Shown: positions 40,390 through 51,008, counted from the stretch's first letter. The stretch is DNA of 64,000 bases from an uncultured bacterium (GCA_963749495.1 CAVVMW010000014.1:480001-544000); one strand, 5' to 3'. Notes: generated from the letters alone by a model not told the origin. Made by a program: numbers and translations.

Positions 40390-41494
40390 TCACGGCACAG
40401 GAAGCTCTTCAATCGTTTTGTTGTTCTCATCTGTCCGCCACGCTTTCCGTAGTCTCCACGGGCTGCATTTGGAGGTTCGCGTGACGGTATAGTGGCAGAC
40501 AGTTGAATCCCCCGGTTTGCGCGCAGCAAAGCCGAAGGTCTCCGGGTCGGGATGGGTCTCAAGACTGATTGTCCCTTTATCATTTTTAGACCAGCCCGGC
40601 GCCCGACCCGATTTCTTCAAACCTCTTAAGAATTCCACGGCGGCGGCAAGTCCTTCATCCAACAGCGGGCCGGCGCTGGTCTTTTTCAGATACATGATTC
40701 GTCTGGGGAAATCAAACGTGACCAGGTGCCGCGCTAAAAATCCCAGTCCAAGGATGTTTCCTTCGGTGCCGATATTGAGGTCTGTGTAGGCTTGGCCGTC
40801 CCAAACGCATTCCGGGAAATGCGCCCACGATCCTGAGGCGTGCCCCTTGAGCGCGTCTTTTTCAACCGAGCCGTCCTCGCTCCATCCGGTATCAATCAGC
40901 AATCGGGTGCTTTTGCCTCCGGCAAGGCCAGGGTGATGCGTAAAGAGCTGGCGATAGAAGGAAAGCCCGAGCGGGAAAGGCTTGCCCAACTGCGCGACGT
41001 TCAGTTGCTTGGAATCCAGAAAACGCATTTTGCCGGCTTGAAAGTCCAGTTGAATGACATAGTGCTTCAGGCACTCGATGCCCAGAATCCCCATGATGGG
41101 ATGGCCGGCCTGCCTGGATAGCGGCTGAAGATCGGCCCTGGCGCACAGCCGGCCTGTCTTCAACCGAGTGCTGCCCAGATAAAGTCTGGGTGTCCAATAA
41201 ATGCCGGATTTCTGCCTTTCGCCGCCGATCGGAACCGCCCAGGTGCCGAGCGGCAGACGGGGGCCCAGTTTCGGGCACCAGCGATTTGTCGAAAAGCGCG
41301 CCGGGCGACCCGGTGTCCACAACAAAGGGCAGCTCTTCGCCGCTCTTGAACCGCAGCGTCACAAACAGCAAGCCGCCACGGCCAGCATCCTGGTTGATGT
41401 CCACCTCCGCGGGGCCCTGCCGGTGGCTTGCTCGTTCTGTCGCGCAAGAACATAAAAACAGCAGGCCCAGAACGATAGGGAGCGCATGGGACAT
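40390..41494 (-). pseudogene. Lipoprotein with tandem retropepsin-like domains, frameshifted near 41270
   Basis: LCSC lipobox; FVVDTGS; GILGIECL; LLIDTGW; NILGLGFL. Confidence 0.8.
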
Positions 41495-41678
41495 CTGCCG
41501 AATCGAAGTGCAGCTCCTCAGAGGGGAGGCGGTTCCGGGGACCTTGTCTTCGCTCATCGTCTGTTCTGTTGCTCGGATGATCTAAGCTTCCGCCAGGGCA
41601 TGAGTGAAGCATAAAAGTCGGCACTTGGATGTCAAGATCGAAACCCGGCAATTGTAATCCGCCGTAACTATTCAGGTC

Positions 41679-43131
41679 TTACGGGCCTCTGGGAGGGGCT
41701 GAGGGGATGAACGGGGTGCCGGCGACGGCCTTTTCCAGCGCGTCAAGGAGGTTGCGGCCCTGCTTGCGGCAGGTGGAGATGTAGCTGCGAATGCGCGCGA
41801 AGACCCTGGCCCCGTGCAGGGTGCGGAAACAGCCCGAGACCTTTTGGCGGGTCTTCTCCATGCGCAGGTTGCGCTCGGCGCCGTTGTTGGTGAACGGGAC
41901 TTCCTCAAAGACGGTAAAGGCCAGCACGCTCCACTCGAAGTCCTCCAGGCGATCCAGCAGGTTGGCAGCCTTGCTTTGCGCCCGGTTGCCCTGCTGGCGG
42001 GGATGGCGGCGGCGGCCCGCTTGGACAATGGCGCGATACTGGCGGCGCAGGCGCTTGAATTGCCACTCCTCCAACACGCCGTGCTTTTTGCGACGTTCCA
42101 GGCAGCCGAGCAGGAAGGCGCTCATCTGCTGGGCCCAGGCTTCGTGCTGTTCTTGCCACAGGAACTTGAGTTCGCGCAGATGGTGCTCGTTGCACAGGGC
42201 GTGCAGGCACTGGTCGTAGGTGAAATAGGGTTTCCAATGGTCGTGGATAAGGAAGCCGGTGCAGCGGGGCAGGATGCCGAAGTAATCCATCGCCTCGGTG
42301 CCGCGCTTGGGATGGACGCCGTAGAAAGTGAGGTGGGCGTTACTGACGACGTGAAGCCAGTGCAAACTCTTGGCCACGCGCAGGCCGCTCTCATCGCAAT
42401 GATTGACCGGGGCTTGGGGCAACTGTTGCCCCAGCGTTTGCTCGAAGGGGGCCAGGTGTTCGTAAGCCCGTTGATTGGCCGAGGCGATGGTCGCCTCGCT
42501 CAAGGGCTGGCCGTAGAGGTCTTGGCAGATTTGGGTCAACCGCTGATACGGGATGAAGTGCTGGTCGTTGAGATAGACCATCTGGGCCTTGAAGCGTGGG
42601 CCGTATTGGGCCGGGGCGATGACGCCCTCGGGGAACGTGGCGGTGACCCGCCGCCCGGAGACGGGGCAGCGTTTGATCTCGGCCCGGTGTTCGGTCACTT
42701 CCAGCGGCTTTTCGGGCAACTCGAAGACCTGGCGCTTCTCGTAGTCCAGGACCGGCTCGGAGCGCAAGTCCCGGCCCTGGCAAGCGCCGCAGGGACAGCG
42801 TTGGAGCCGATGCATGCGCACGTGATCCGGCTCGCGCACGGGCTGGAGGGTTCGGCCCGGATGCCCGGGCTGGCCGCCGGGCCGGCGGCCGGTTTTTTGG
42901 CGCAGGGACTTGGGGGCCGGTTTGGCCAATCCATCCGAGGCTGGGCGGTTTGCTGCTATTGGTGCTGTTGAGGGCCAGGCGGGCTTGGAGTTCTTTGACT
43001 TGACGGCGTAGCGCATCCCGTTGCCGACACACTTGCCGCAGCCTGGCCACCAGGCGCAGCGCCCACTCGACGAGCCGGGCTGGGGCCGTGCGGGCCAAGG
43101 CCAAGAGTTGCTGGCGGCTCTTCAGGCGCAT
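41679..43131 (-). pseudogene. IS66-family transposase with a one-base insertion near 42940
   Basis: NSTNSSKPPS|SDG; GGQPGHPG; CDESG; HALCNEHHLREL; VPFTNNGAERNLRMEK..QKVSGCFR. Confidence 0.9.
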
Positions 43132-43991
43132 AGGTGGCGGCGAAACTGCGGGTCCAGCGGATAGACCCACACCGCCTTGGGGCAGACCTGGGGCCGATTG
43201 CTCCGGTCGTTGCGGGTGCGGCCGGTCGTCTGGCCCAACGCGATCCAATTGGCGGCGCGATAACAGGCGCCGGTGAAACGGGAGGTGTCCACGAAGGTCT
43301 CCACCAGATGGAGCGGCCGGGCGTATTTGCGCTGCCAGTCCTGGGCCAGACGGCGCAAGACCAGACTCAGCGCGTGGCTGGCCAAGTTGGGCGTGGCGAC
43401 CCAGGGCAACACGATGAAACGCGTGTTGTTGGTCAGCGCCTGCAAATGCGCGCGCCGCGCGGCGGGGCTCCAGCCGATAAACTGGTCGCGGGGGGCGCAC
43501 TGCCAGGCCGCCGAGCCAAAGAGCAGGCAACTGAGCGGTCGCCCGCAGCGATCCAGCACCAGGTACTTCAGATTGAGGCCCACCGTGCCGGTGTAGCCCA
43601 GATAATGATAGCGATGCAGCAGCCAGTCGAAGAGCGGCCGTTGGTCCGGCCATTGGCTTAATTCCCGCACCTCCAGTGGCTGCAAAGCCTCCAGCGGCCC
43701 GGCGAGGCGTTGGGTGCCATGGGCCACCGGGCGCAGTTGCTGGCGGCGCATGCGATTGCAAGGCACGCAGCGGCGCGGCGGCAAGACCAGCAGGCCCCGC
43801 GCTTCCAATTTGACCAACAGCGCGCGGGCGGCCATGTCTTGGAGTCGGCCTTTGGGGTCCCGCCAAGCCCACCGTTGACACAGCGCGCGGGACAGCCTGC
43901 GGCGACTCCATTGGGGGTGCTGCCCGAGCAACTGGCGGACTTGGTCCAACTGCTCCGCACCGAGCAAACGGCCCTGCACGGTCAAGGTCAT
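43122..43991 (-). CDS. DUF4338 (DruA-like) protein
   Basis: HYLGY...GLNLKY; FGSAAWQCAPRDQFIGW; NNTRFIVLPWV..NLASH; VETFVD..RFTGACYRAANW..LGQTTGR. Confidence 0.92.
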   Translation of the reverse strand: MTLTVQGRLLGAEQLDQVRQLLGQHPQWSRRRLSRALCQRWAWRDPKGRLQDMAARALLVKLEARGLLVLPPRRCVPCNRMRRQQLRPVAHGTQRLAGPLEALQPLEVRELSQWPDQRPLFDWLLHRYHYLGYTGTVGLNLKYLVLDRCGRPLSCLLFGSAAWQCAPRDQFIGWSPAARRAHLQALTNNTRFIVLPWVATPNLASHALSLVLRRLAQDWQRKYARPLHLVETFVDTSRFTGACYRAANWIALGQTTGRTRNDRSNRPQVCPKAVWVYPLDPQFRRHLCA

Positions 43992-44124
43992 GCCCGGATG
44001 ATGGCACGAGTGGGGCCTGGAGTCCAGGTACCGGATGAGCAAAAAAGTGAGAAAAAAGCGAATCAAAGCTCGTGCGCCAACGAAGGCGGTGCTTAAATTC
44101 CCCTGATTAGACCTGAATAGTTAC

Positions 44125-44290
44125 AATCCGCCAGAACAAGGAACGGATCGTTCCACAGGAGGTTGTCAACCAGTGGGCGGAACAGCCCGGCATGCCCGCC
44201 CGACACGGCGCCGTTGCGGATGAAATCCAGCACCTCGCGCAGGGCCGTGTTCTGTTCGTAAATCTCGCGCGGCCGGTAACCGCGGGGTTG
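44125..44290 (-). pseudogene. glgP: Glycogen/starch phosphorylase fragment (target of element A)
   Basis: GYRPREIYEQNTALREVLDFI...FRPLVDNLLWNDPFLVLAD. Confidence 0.85.
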
Positions 44291-44299
44291 GCGTTCCAG

Positions 44300-44907
44300 A
44301 ACCTGCTCGGCCGTGACCGTGTAATGGCCCGGCGGCAACTCCACTCGAAAGGGATGGGCCGAGAGTGTCGTGTGGAACTCGACGGCGTTCGTGTTGAGCC
44401 AGTTTCGCCGTTCGTAACCAATGGCCGAGCCGGCGGGAGCGGCTGACTCCGGGAAGAACCAGCGCCCATCCTGGTCTTGGATATAGACCCGCGAAGCAAT
44501 GGTTTGCCCGGTGGCCTGGTCCACCACCTCGCCGGTAACGATAGCTTGCCGGGGCATGGGTCCAACGCTGCTCCCGCTAAAGTCCGCTGGGATCGCTCCG
44601 ATGCGACCCACGGCCCATGCCAGCCACATACAGCCACAAGCCAACAGCCTCGCCGGACTTGCGGGACAGTTCATAACGCGGCTCTACTCCCCGAGGTGTT
44701 CGGTGACCCGCAACGGCAGGGCGACCGTCTTTGAAAGTGGATCGGCCAGGTAGCCGTCCCACACCGGGTTCGCATATTCAAGAGTAATCTGGCCGGAGGC
44801 CGGCTGATTCGGCGACGAAGTTCGCGCGAGGGCCCATGGGCCTTCCGCGAAAGCATGACCAAAGGCCAGGCGGCGAGGGCGAGAAGGCAAACGCGGAAAT
44901 CTTTCAT
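44300..44907 (-). pseudogene. Two more 5' gene stubs: a secreted metallohydrolase-type N-terminus (44300-44674) and a GH43-like N-terminus (44730-44907)
   Basis: TGEVVDQATGQTIASRVYI...HTTLSAHPFRVELPPGHYTVTAE; signal peptide then YANPVWDGYLADP. Confidence 0.6.
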
Positions 44908-44982
44908 GATGAATCTCATGTTTCAGTCCCTTGCTTGACGTTCCCGTGACAGCCTCCGGAACAGGAACCGGTTCCTGATCCG

Positions 44983-45990
44983 CTATTCCTTCTCCACGAT
45001 CCAGATGTTCTTGAAGAAGATCGGGTGGCCGTGGGCTTGGAGGTAGATGCCGGCTGGGTCCGGGCTTTCCGCAATCCCGCCGGGCGTCGAACCTTTGATC
45101 TCAACATCGTCCAGGATGGTGACGCCGTTGAACTTCACCGTGCAGCGCCCGAGCTTTGTCTTCCGCCCGGCCGCGTCGTAACGGGCGGCTCTAAAATCAA
45201 TGTCGTAGGTCTGCCACGTCAGCGGCGGGTAGCACATGTTGATGTCCGGCGTGACCTGGGCGTAGAGGACGCCGCAATCGTGCTGGCCCTCCACCACGCC
45301 GAAGGAATCCAGAATCTGGATTTCGTAACGCTGCTGCAAATAGACGCCGCTGTTGGGACGCTGCCAAATGGTCCGGGTCTCGGGCATGTACGAGATCATG
45401 AACTCGACGTGCAACGTGAAGTCCTGGAACTTCCGCTTGGTGGTCGCGCCGCCGGCCGAGGTAATCCATTTCTGCGGTGTCACAATGACGCCCGGTTGCC
45501 ATCCGTCGGTATTGGAGCCGTCGAAGAGCACAAGGGCGCCGGCAGGCGCGGGAGCGTCGAGAGTCGGGCTGCGCCGGTGGACGCGCTTCAACTCGAACCT
45601 TCGGCCGGTGTCGGTCTGGCCGGTGATGGCTTGGCCGTCGCAAACGGCATGGTACACCTGGTCAATGACGACCTTATCGCCTTCGAGCCGGGCGTCCGCG
45701 GGCGTGGTGTTATCCGTGCTGGGGGCTTTCTGGATGATCGTCTTGCCGTCCCAGCCGTCTCCGGGCAGACCGCCGCCAAAGAACATCGTGCGAAACGCGC
45801 CATGGCCCAGCGCGCGCACCTGTGCGCCAAGCTTGGCGCCAGCGCCGGCATATTCACCCTGGAACTTGAAGTCCGCGTCGGCGTGCTCCGGGTCGCTATA
45901 AACTTCCATCTCCGCAGCCTTGACTGCCGGTCCCGCAGCGGCCAGCACACCGACCGCCAGTAATCCGATCACTCTGTTGAAAGGTTTCAT
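44983..45990 (-). CDS. Secreted DUF1080 (3-keto-disaccharide hydrolase family) protein
   Basis: LVLFDGSN; FQDFTLHVEF; NSGVYLQQRYEIQILDS; WQTYDIDF; IYLQAHGHPIFFKNIWI. Confidence 0.92.
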   Translation of the reverse strand: MKPFNRVIGLLAVGVLAAAGPAVKAAEMEVYSDPEHADADFKFQGEYAGAGAKLGAQVRALGHGAFRTMFFGGGLPGDGWDGKTIIQKAPSTDNTTPADARLEGDKVVIDQVYHAVCDGQAITGQTDTGRRFELKRVHRRSPTLDAPAPAGALVLFDGSNTDGWQPGVIVTPQKWITSAGGATTKRKFQDFTLHVEFMISYMPETRTIWQRPNSGVYLQQRYEIQILDSFGVVEGQHDCGVLYAQVTPDINMCYPPLTWQTYDIDFRAARYDAAGRKTKLGRCTVKFNGVTILDDVEIKGSTPGGIAESPDPAGIYLQAHGHPIFFKNIWIVEKE

Positions 45991-46389
45991 GCGGCGAGGG
46001 TATCGCCGATAGTCCTGGAGACCAAGACCGTTTGTCGTCTTGAAAAACTTCAAGGGCCCCGCAGTTCCCGTGAGGCGCGCCGACTTTCGCAACCGAGCTG
46101 CATGATGGTGGGCACCCAAACGGCTGGCCAAGCACCCAGACAAGGCAGATCGGTTCGGTTGTCCTGCTAACGAAGGGCGGTGTCGCGTTGCATAATGGCC
46201 TGAACGATGGCGTCAGCCAGGGCCTTCATCCCCTTGTCGCCGGGGTGATTGGCAACTCCCTCGAGCGCAGGCAGTCGGGGTCGCTGCCATAGGCCTGTTC
46301 GAGCGCTTCCAGGACGTGGTTGTCGCTAAGACAACCCATCCAATCGCCCAGCGGCGTCGCAGCCGCCCTCCCATCTCCCGCGCGAAGCG

Positions 46390-46815
46390 CGCATTCTCCT
46401 GCCCCAAAGGGGCAGCGGAGAATAGCCCAGGGCAAGGCCCGCTGGAGCGACCCTCCGCAGCGAAGCGAAGGAGGGAGCGGAGGCGGGCCGCCACCCTGGG
46501 TACGGAGCAACAAACCATCCTCCCCCCTCCCATGGGCCTCCGGCGCGTGCGCCACAAAGCGCACGCGCCGGAGGCCCATGGGAGGGGGGAAGGGGGGAGG
46601 GCCGCCAGCCCCGCTTGAGCACAAGAGTGTGCCGGGGATTGTCCATGTCTTAGCCTGACGCGTATGCGCCCCCTCGGGACCGTATGGCGGCTTTCCAAAC
46701 CCGCAGGCGGTCGGATTTCGAGCGCCTGCCGACTTGGCCGCCGTCGGGCCGGCCGGAGCCGCGCTTTGGCGCGCGGCAAAGGCGGAAGGTCGGCGACACG
46801 GCAGGCTTGTCGCCG
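46390..46815. repeat. Cluster of REP-like palindromes
   Basis: e.g. ttctcctgccccaaaggggcagcggagaa; cccctcccatgggcctccggcgcgtgcgc-cacaaa-gcgcacgcgccggaggcccatgggagggg; cctgccgactt...aggtcggcgacacggcagg. Confidence 0.75.
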
Positions 46816-47049
46816 GAATGGCAACGGCTTGAGGCACGAAGGCCCCCAAAGCCAACTTTCCCACTGCAGTGCAAATGGTGAGAATCCCGCAATTTGAGCG
46901 AGATTTCTTCTGCGGTCGCACAACGCCGTTCCGAACCCTCCCTTCTTCGGCGCGGAGCGCCGTTTTTGGCACGGCGGAGCCAGCCTCCCGCAGCTTTCCC
47001 GGGCCAAGGAACTTGCCCAGGACTTTGGTCGCGGCCGCGCCGCGCCAAG

Positions 47050-47253
47050 CAGCTTGTGCCCGCCGTGGCGTGAGAAGATGAAGCCGAACTCTTTGATGGA
47101 CTCACGAGTGGCCGGGTTGCCCTCGCCGCTCAGGTTGGTGACGAGCCCGATCCACTCCCGATCAATTTCGGCATTGGCGTGCAGGCCAGGGTGGTGCTCT
47201 TTCAACCACTCCAGGACCTCCAGTTGCGGGATGCGCGCCCGCTTTTCTCTCAT
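47050..47253 (-). pseudogene. Small hypothetical gene, 3' end lost in the REP cluster
   Basis: MREKRARIPQLEVLEWLKEHHPGL...ESIKEFGFIFS is protein-like for ~65 aa only. Confidence 0.45.
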
Positions 47254-47321
47254 GGGGATACTCACTTTCTGCTGCCGCGACGGCATGGACCGTGCGGTTC
47301 GCTTGTGAAGGTGATCGAGCG

Positions 47322-47419
47322 TGAAGCTGCGCTCTTTCAGGGTGGACGCCAATTAGTCCACCGACGCCCTCGCGGGCGTTTCGCGCTTTGCCACGGATCA
47401 ATCCCGACCTCCCCCGGTG
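47322..47419 (-). ncRNA. Structured repeated upstream motif, copy A
   Basis: ctgcgctc.ttcagggtg...gccaatta...caccgacgccc....gggcgtttcg shared with 48243-48339; hairpin ACGCCC/GGGCGT preceded by CGAA. Confidence 0.5.
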
Positions 47420-47519
47420 GGTTTCATGCCGCCGAGGAATTTCGGGAATCCATCTCGGCGCATCTGAGGAAACCCCAGTGAAGCCAGGGTTGCTCCCCAA
47501 ACCGCGCCGGTGTGGGTTT

Positions 47520-47782
47520 TGTCCCGGAGGGACATCCTGAGAGTAGCCCGGCGCTTCAGCGCCGGGTCCGCTTCTCAAAGGGGCCTGCGTCCCGAGGGGA
47601 CGCCTGAAGCTCAGTCCCACAGATGACGCTCGTCGTAATCGATGCGATGCCTCTTGACTGGTACAGCGAGCTGATGTAGGACATGAGCCCCATTCAGCCG
47701 TCCCTTCGGGACGGAGGCAACACGAAACTGTCTGTCCCGGCGTTGAAACGCCGGGCTATTGTCGAGTGTCCCTCCGGGACAC
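47520..47782 (-). mobile_element. IS200/RAYT-like TnpA remnant between inverted REP clusters
   Basis: KRHRIDYDERHLWD C-terminus; gtcccggagggac / gtccctccgggac and tagcccggcg / cgccgggcta inverted pairs. Confidence 0.7.
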
Positions 47783-47829
47783 GGCCCAACGGAGCCCCTT
47801 TCTTTCCGGAACCGCGTTGCTGCCGCGGC

Positions 47830-48154
47830 CCGGCAACAAACGGTCCCGCTCGCCGCATTTTGGGCACGCCATGTCCTCCAGCAGGTCCACCCGCTCCTCG
47901 GTCTCCGGGAACTTCTCAAGGAAGGCCTCCGGCGTCATTCCCGGCGCCGCGTCCGGGGCCATGGCCCTGGCCTTGATCTCCTCCCGTTCCCGCTCTGCCC
48001 GGTTCACGAGTCTGTGGATTTCCTCGGCTCCAGGTCCATGCTGCCGGCCAGCCCGATCATGACGGTCGGCGTGAAGGCACCAGCCGCCTGCAACTCCGCG
48101 ATCAGGCCTGGGAACTGGATGCTGTTGTCGGCCCATTTTTTGGGGGTTACTCAT
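47830..48154 (-). pseudogene. Small mobile-element-type hypothetical gene with CPKCG motif, disrupted
   Basis: ...ERVDLLEDMACPKCGERD; truncated by REP cluster. Confidence 0.4.
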
Positions 48155-48200
48155 AATGTCGTTTCGTTCCTGGCGATGGCCTCGTCAGTGCGCTAATAAC

Positions 48201-48339
48201 GCGCAGACCCGCTGACCGGGTTTCGGCCTTGGAAGGGATGAATCTGCGCTCGTTCAGGGTGCAGGCCAATTACTGCACCGACGCCCTTGGGGGCGTTTCG
48301 GGCTTGGCTATTGCCGGGGATCGACGCCCCGGCTCGGTG
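48201..48339 (-). ncRNA. Structured repeated upstream motif, copies B (48201-48249) and C (48276-48339)
   Basis: B: GCGCAGA-TTCATCCCTTCCAAGGCCGAA-ACCCG/CGGGT-TCTGCGC; C: CACCGA-GCCGGGG/CCCCGGC-AATAGCCAAGCCCGAA-ACGCCC/GGGCGT-TCGGTG. Confidence 0.55.
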
Positions 48340-48723
48340 TTATGGGGCCGGCCGGCGTGGGGCAATAGGCATAGATGCGAATCCGAGCACTAACTGTGGT
48401 GCGCCGTCCACCGCAAAGAGGTCGTAAATCCACTTCTCTTTTATCGCAATACGCTAACTGGCGGATTTCCAAGGGCTTATGACGAAGGATTCTTTCGCCT
48501 TTCATCGGCGCTGGAACCGCTCAGATGCCCGAAATGACCCAGATGGGGACCTGGGCCGGGGTGGCATCCGGGTGCCCTAGGACGGCCCTGGGGGTCTTGC
48601 CGCTACCCCAGCGGTCTCCGGGGTCTTCCGATGCCCCGGCGCCAGCCCCAGGCCCCCTGGTGATGCCGAATTGGGCATATTTGAGCCTTGACATTCCATA
48701 GGGATCAGTTCCATGCTGACGCC

Positions 48724-49179
48724 ATGAAAAGACCAAACAGGCTTTCCCTTGCAACCCTTACGTTACTCGGATGCCTGCTTTTCCTGGCGGTAGGCTGCGT
48801 GTCTGTTCCAATGACCCCAGAATCTCAGGACATTGAAGCCAAGAAGTTCATCCCGCAACCGGACAAGGCCTCTGTTTATGTCAACCTCGACGCTAAAACT
48901 ACGGTACCCGTCCGTGTTGTCCTCGACGGGCGGATCGTAGGGGCATTGGCTCCAAAGACGTATGTTTTGCTCAACCTTGATCAGGGCAGACACGTCCTTA
49001 ATGTCGGTCTGGAGAATATTGACCAAGTGACGTTAAATGCACAAGCGGGAAAGCTATACTTTTACCGACTGCGGATAAAGTCGGGATGGACATCCGGCAG
49101 AATCCACTTTGCCTTAATGGATGAAGCTGAAGGCAAGAAGCGTTTGATGAAATCAAAACGTGCGGAGCTTACATACTAA
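48724..49179 (+). CDS. DUF2846-family lipoprotein
   Basis: LAVGC lipobox; QDIEAKKF.P.PDKASVYV; upstream TTGACA-N18-CATGCT-N6-ATG. Confidence 0.8.
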   Translation: MKRPNRLSLATLTLLGCLLFLAVGCVSVPMTPESQDIEAKKFIPQPDKASVYVNLDAKTTVPVRVVLDGRIVGALAPKTYVLLNLDQGRHVLNVGLENIDQVTLNAQAGKLYFYRLRIKSGWTSGRIHFALMDEAEGKKRLMKSKRAELTY

Positions 49180-49211
49180 ACTCTATCACTTACGCAGCCC
49201 TAAACCCCGCT

Positions 49212-50051
49212 ATGAGCGCAAACACTACACATTACTGGCGGATAGCCCCCGGCGAGCAAGGTTTCGCCTGGGTCGAGCAGAGGGACAACGATTGCGTTGC
49301 TGTTGGTTGGAATGAAATGGGAGACCTTCATAGATACAAGGGTAGAGAGGATTTCGATAAAGCCTTCAAGAAGCACTTTAGACGCTCGTACAACAAAGGA
49401 AACGTAACCAGGGCTTCAAATATACTGTGGCACTTCTACAAAGACGTAAACCCAGGCGATAAGGTTTTAATCAACTCAGGAGAAAGAATATTCGGTATTG
49501 GCACTATTAGCGGCAGATACAGATTCAATGACAGACTCTCCTATCACCATACCAAGCCCATTATACTAGATCTACAATTCTGGGAGCCTGTAAACGGCAG
49601 GGAGCTTGGTTTTCCCAAGAGGCTCGTCGGCAAGTTCTGCGGTCGTAAGCCAACGGTTTCACGACTGGGGCCAAATGAATGGAGGGAAATCGAACGAAAG
49701 CTGCGCAGGCTTAGAAATCCATTCAAGGGCAAGGCTGATTTTGAGGGAATTGCACGGGCGCCAATAACAGAGCAGGAAGTCATAGTCCTATTTAGCAAGA
49801 TTTCAGCGTTACTGAGGATGAAGATCGAGGCGGTAGGCTCTCGTTTTCCAGACGCTCTCATCAGGACTAAATGCCGGGGCAAATGGATTACTCAGAAATG
49901 TGAATTTGAAAAAAATTCCCTAGACTTTCTCTCTCATGGCCACGATGGGAAGGGCTGTGATATGATTATCTGCTGGAAACACGACTGGAAGCGCAAACCC
50001 CGCCACATCAGGGTGGTTGAGTTGCGCAGAGAACTACAGAAACTCATCTAG
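49212..50051 (+). CDS. Putative restriction endonuclease: PUA/EVE-like N-terminal domain + PD-(D/E)XK nuclease
   Basis: YWRIAPGE...VAVGW...GDKVL...FGIGTI...Y.F; then EQEVIVLF...FPDALI...CEFEKNS.DF..HGHD...CDMIICWKHDW; visibly lower GC than flanks. Confidence 0.75.
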   Translation: MSANTTHYWRIAPGEQGFAWVEQRDNDCVAVGWNEMGDLHRYKGREDFDKAFKKHFRRSYNKGNVTRASNILWHFYKDVNPGDKVLINSGERIFGIGTISGRYRFNDRLSYHHTKPIILDLQFWEPVNGRELGFPKRLVGKFCGRKPTVSRLGPNEWREIERKLRRLRNPFKGKADFEGIARAPITEQEVIVLFSKISALLRMKIEAVGSRFPDALIRTKCRGKWITQKCEFEKNSLDFLSHGHDGKGCDMIICWKHDWKRKPRHIRVVELRRELQKLI

Positions 50052-50102
50052 GGACGCACCTCTGACCTATGCAGGACTTCATCGCTACTCTGATTTCGTC
50101 CT

Positions 50103-50660
50103 TCACATGCCTTTGAGAAACCCAAGCTGTAGAATCGAGGCAAAGCCGGCGCTATTTGCTGGTGACGGCTTGCCCATGACGATGTGGTCCAGGACCCTGA
50201 TGGCGACGATGATGCCGGCCTTGCACAACTGCTGCGTGGTCCTGAGGTCCCCCCTCGACGGGGTCGGGTCGCCGCTGGGATGGTTTTCGACCAGCGCGAT
50301 GAACTTCGCGTTGCCGACGATGGCGGGCCGAAAGACCTCGCGTGCCTGGGTAACAACCATATCAAGCGTGGCCTTCGCCAGGGAGACGTGGCCGATTGGA
50401 CGCATCCGCGTGTTGAGCGTGATTTCAACCAGGCATTCAACATCGGGATCGAGCGGGTAATGGCCCTGCAGGTTGGCCAGCCAATACTTGGCGATCTTGT
50501 CGGGCGAGTTGCACTCGCTGCAATCGGCCGGCAAAACGCACTGCCGCATGGCCATGAGCTTGAACTCCTTGGGCTTGAACACCAAGTCGGGTTTGACCGG
50601 CGGTGGTGCATCAAAGACTTCGAGCATGGCCAGCAACTCACTTGGCGATGAATCGCTCAT
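50103..50660 (-). CDS. radC: RadC-like JAB-domain protein
   Basis: REVFRPAI...ENHPSGDPTPSRGD...IRVLDHIVMG (first His of HNHPSG replaced by E). Confidence 0.88.
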   Translation of the reverse strand: MSDSSPSELLAMLEVFDAPPPVKPDLVFKPKEFKLMAMRQCVLPADCSECNSPDKIAKYWLANLQGHYPLDPDVECLVEITLNTRMRPIGHVSLAKATLDMVVTQAREVFRPAIVGNAKFIALVENHPSGDPTPSRGDLRTTQQLCKAGIIVAIRVLDHIVMGKPSPANSAGFASILQLGFLKGM

Positions 50661-51008
50661 GCTGGCCCTTCTGCGCGCGCAGGGCGTGCCGGTTGATGCA
50701 GTCCGATCCGAAGATCGTTGGGCGAAGGGCTTCTGCCTCCGGGTTGAATGTGCGTTAGTAAAAGTGCCCGCGCCCGGAGCAACGAGCACAGCCGAGACCG
50801 TGGCACAGACGGCAGGGGGTTGTTGTGATGGTCATGGAAACACTGCGGACCTTTGGTTGTGACAAGGATTGTGGCCTCGTCCGCCGCAGGAAACGGGTTC
50901 AGTGAGATGCAATTATTGGATTGCCACGCCGACCGGATTCGCCATATTGGAGCCAATGCGGAAGCGGGTTTGCCGACATGGAACGGGCGCGCTCAGCGCA
51001 GTTTGGGG

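Larger units (their letters stand above)
41664..44124 (-). mobile_element. IS66-type element A (2461 bp): DUF4338 + TnpC
   Basis: 16-bp perfect TIR gtaactattcaggtct / agacctgaatagttac; 8-bp TSD aatccgcc at 41656-41663 and 44125-44132. Confidence 0.95.

Noticed and set aside
42930..42950. Programmed frameshift in element A transposase
   Set aside because: No slippery heptamer; one extra C inside the conserved KPPSSD motif, which is unbroken in element B
43122..43991. Druantia defence system
   Set aside because: No DruE helicase or other dru genes; both full DUF4338 genes lie inside IS ends
48201..48339. Hammerhead ribozyme
   Set aside because: GAAA plus stems are present but the CUGAnGA core is absent
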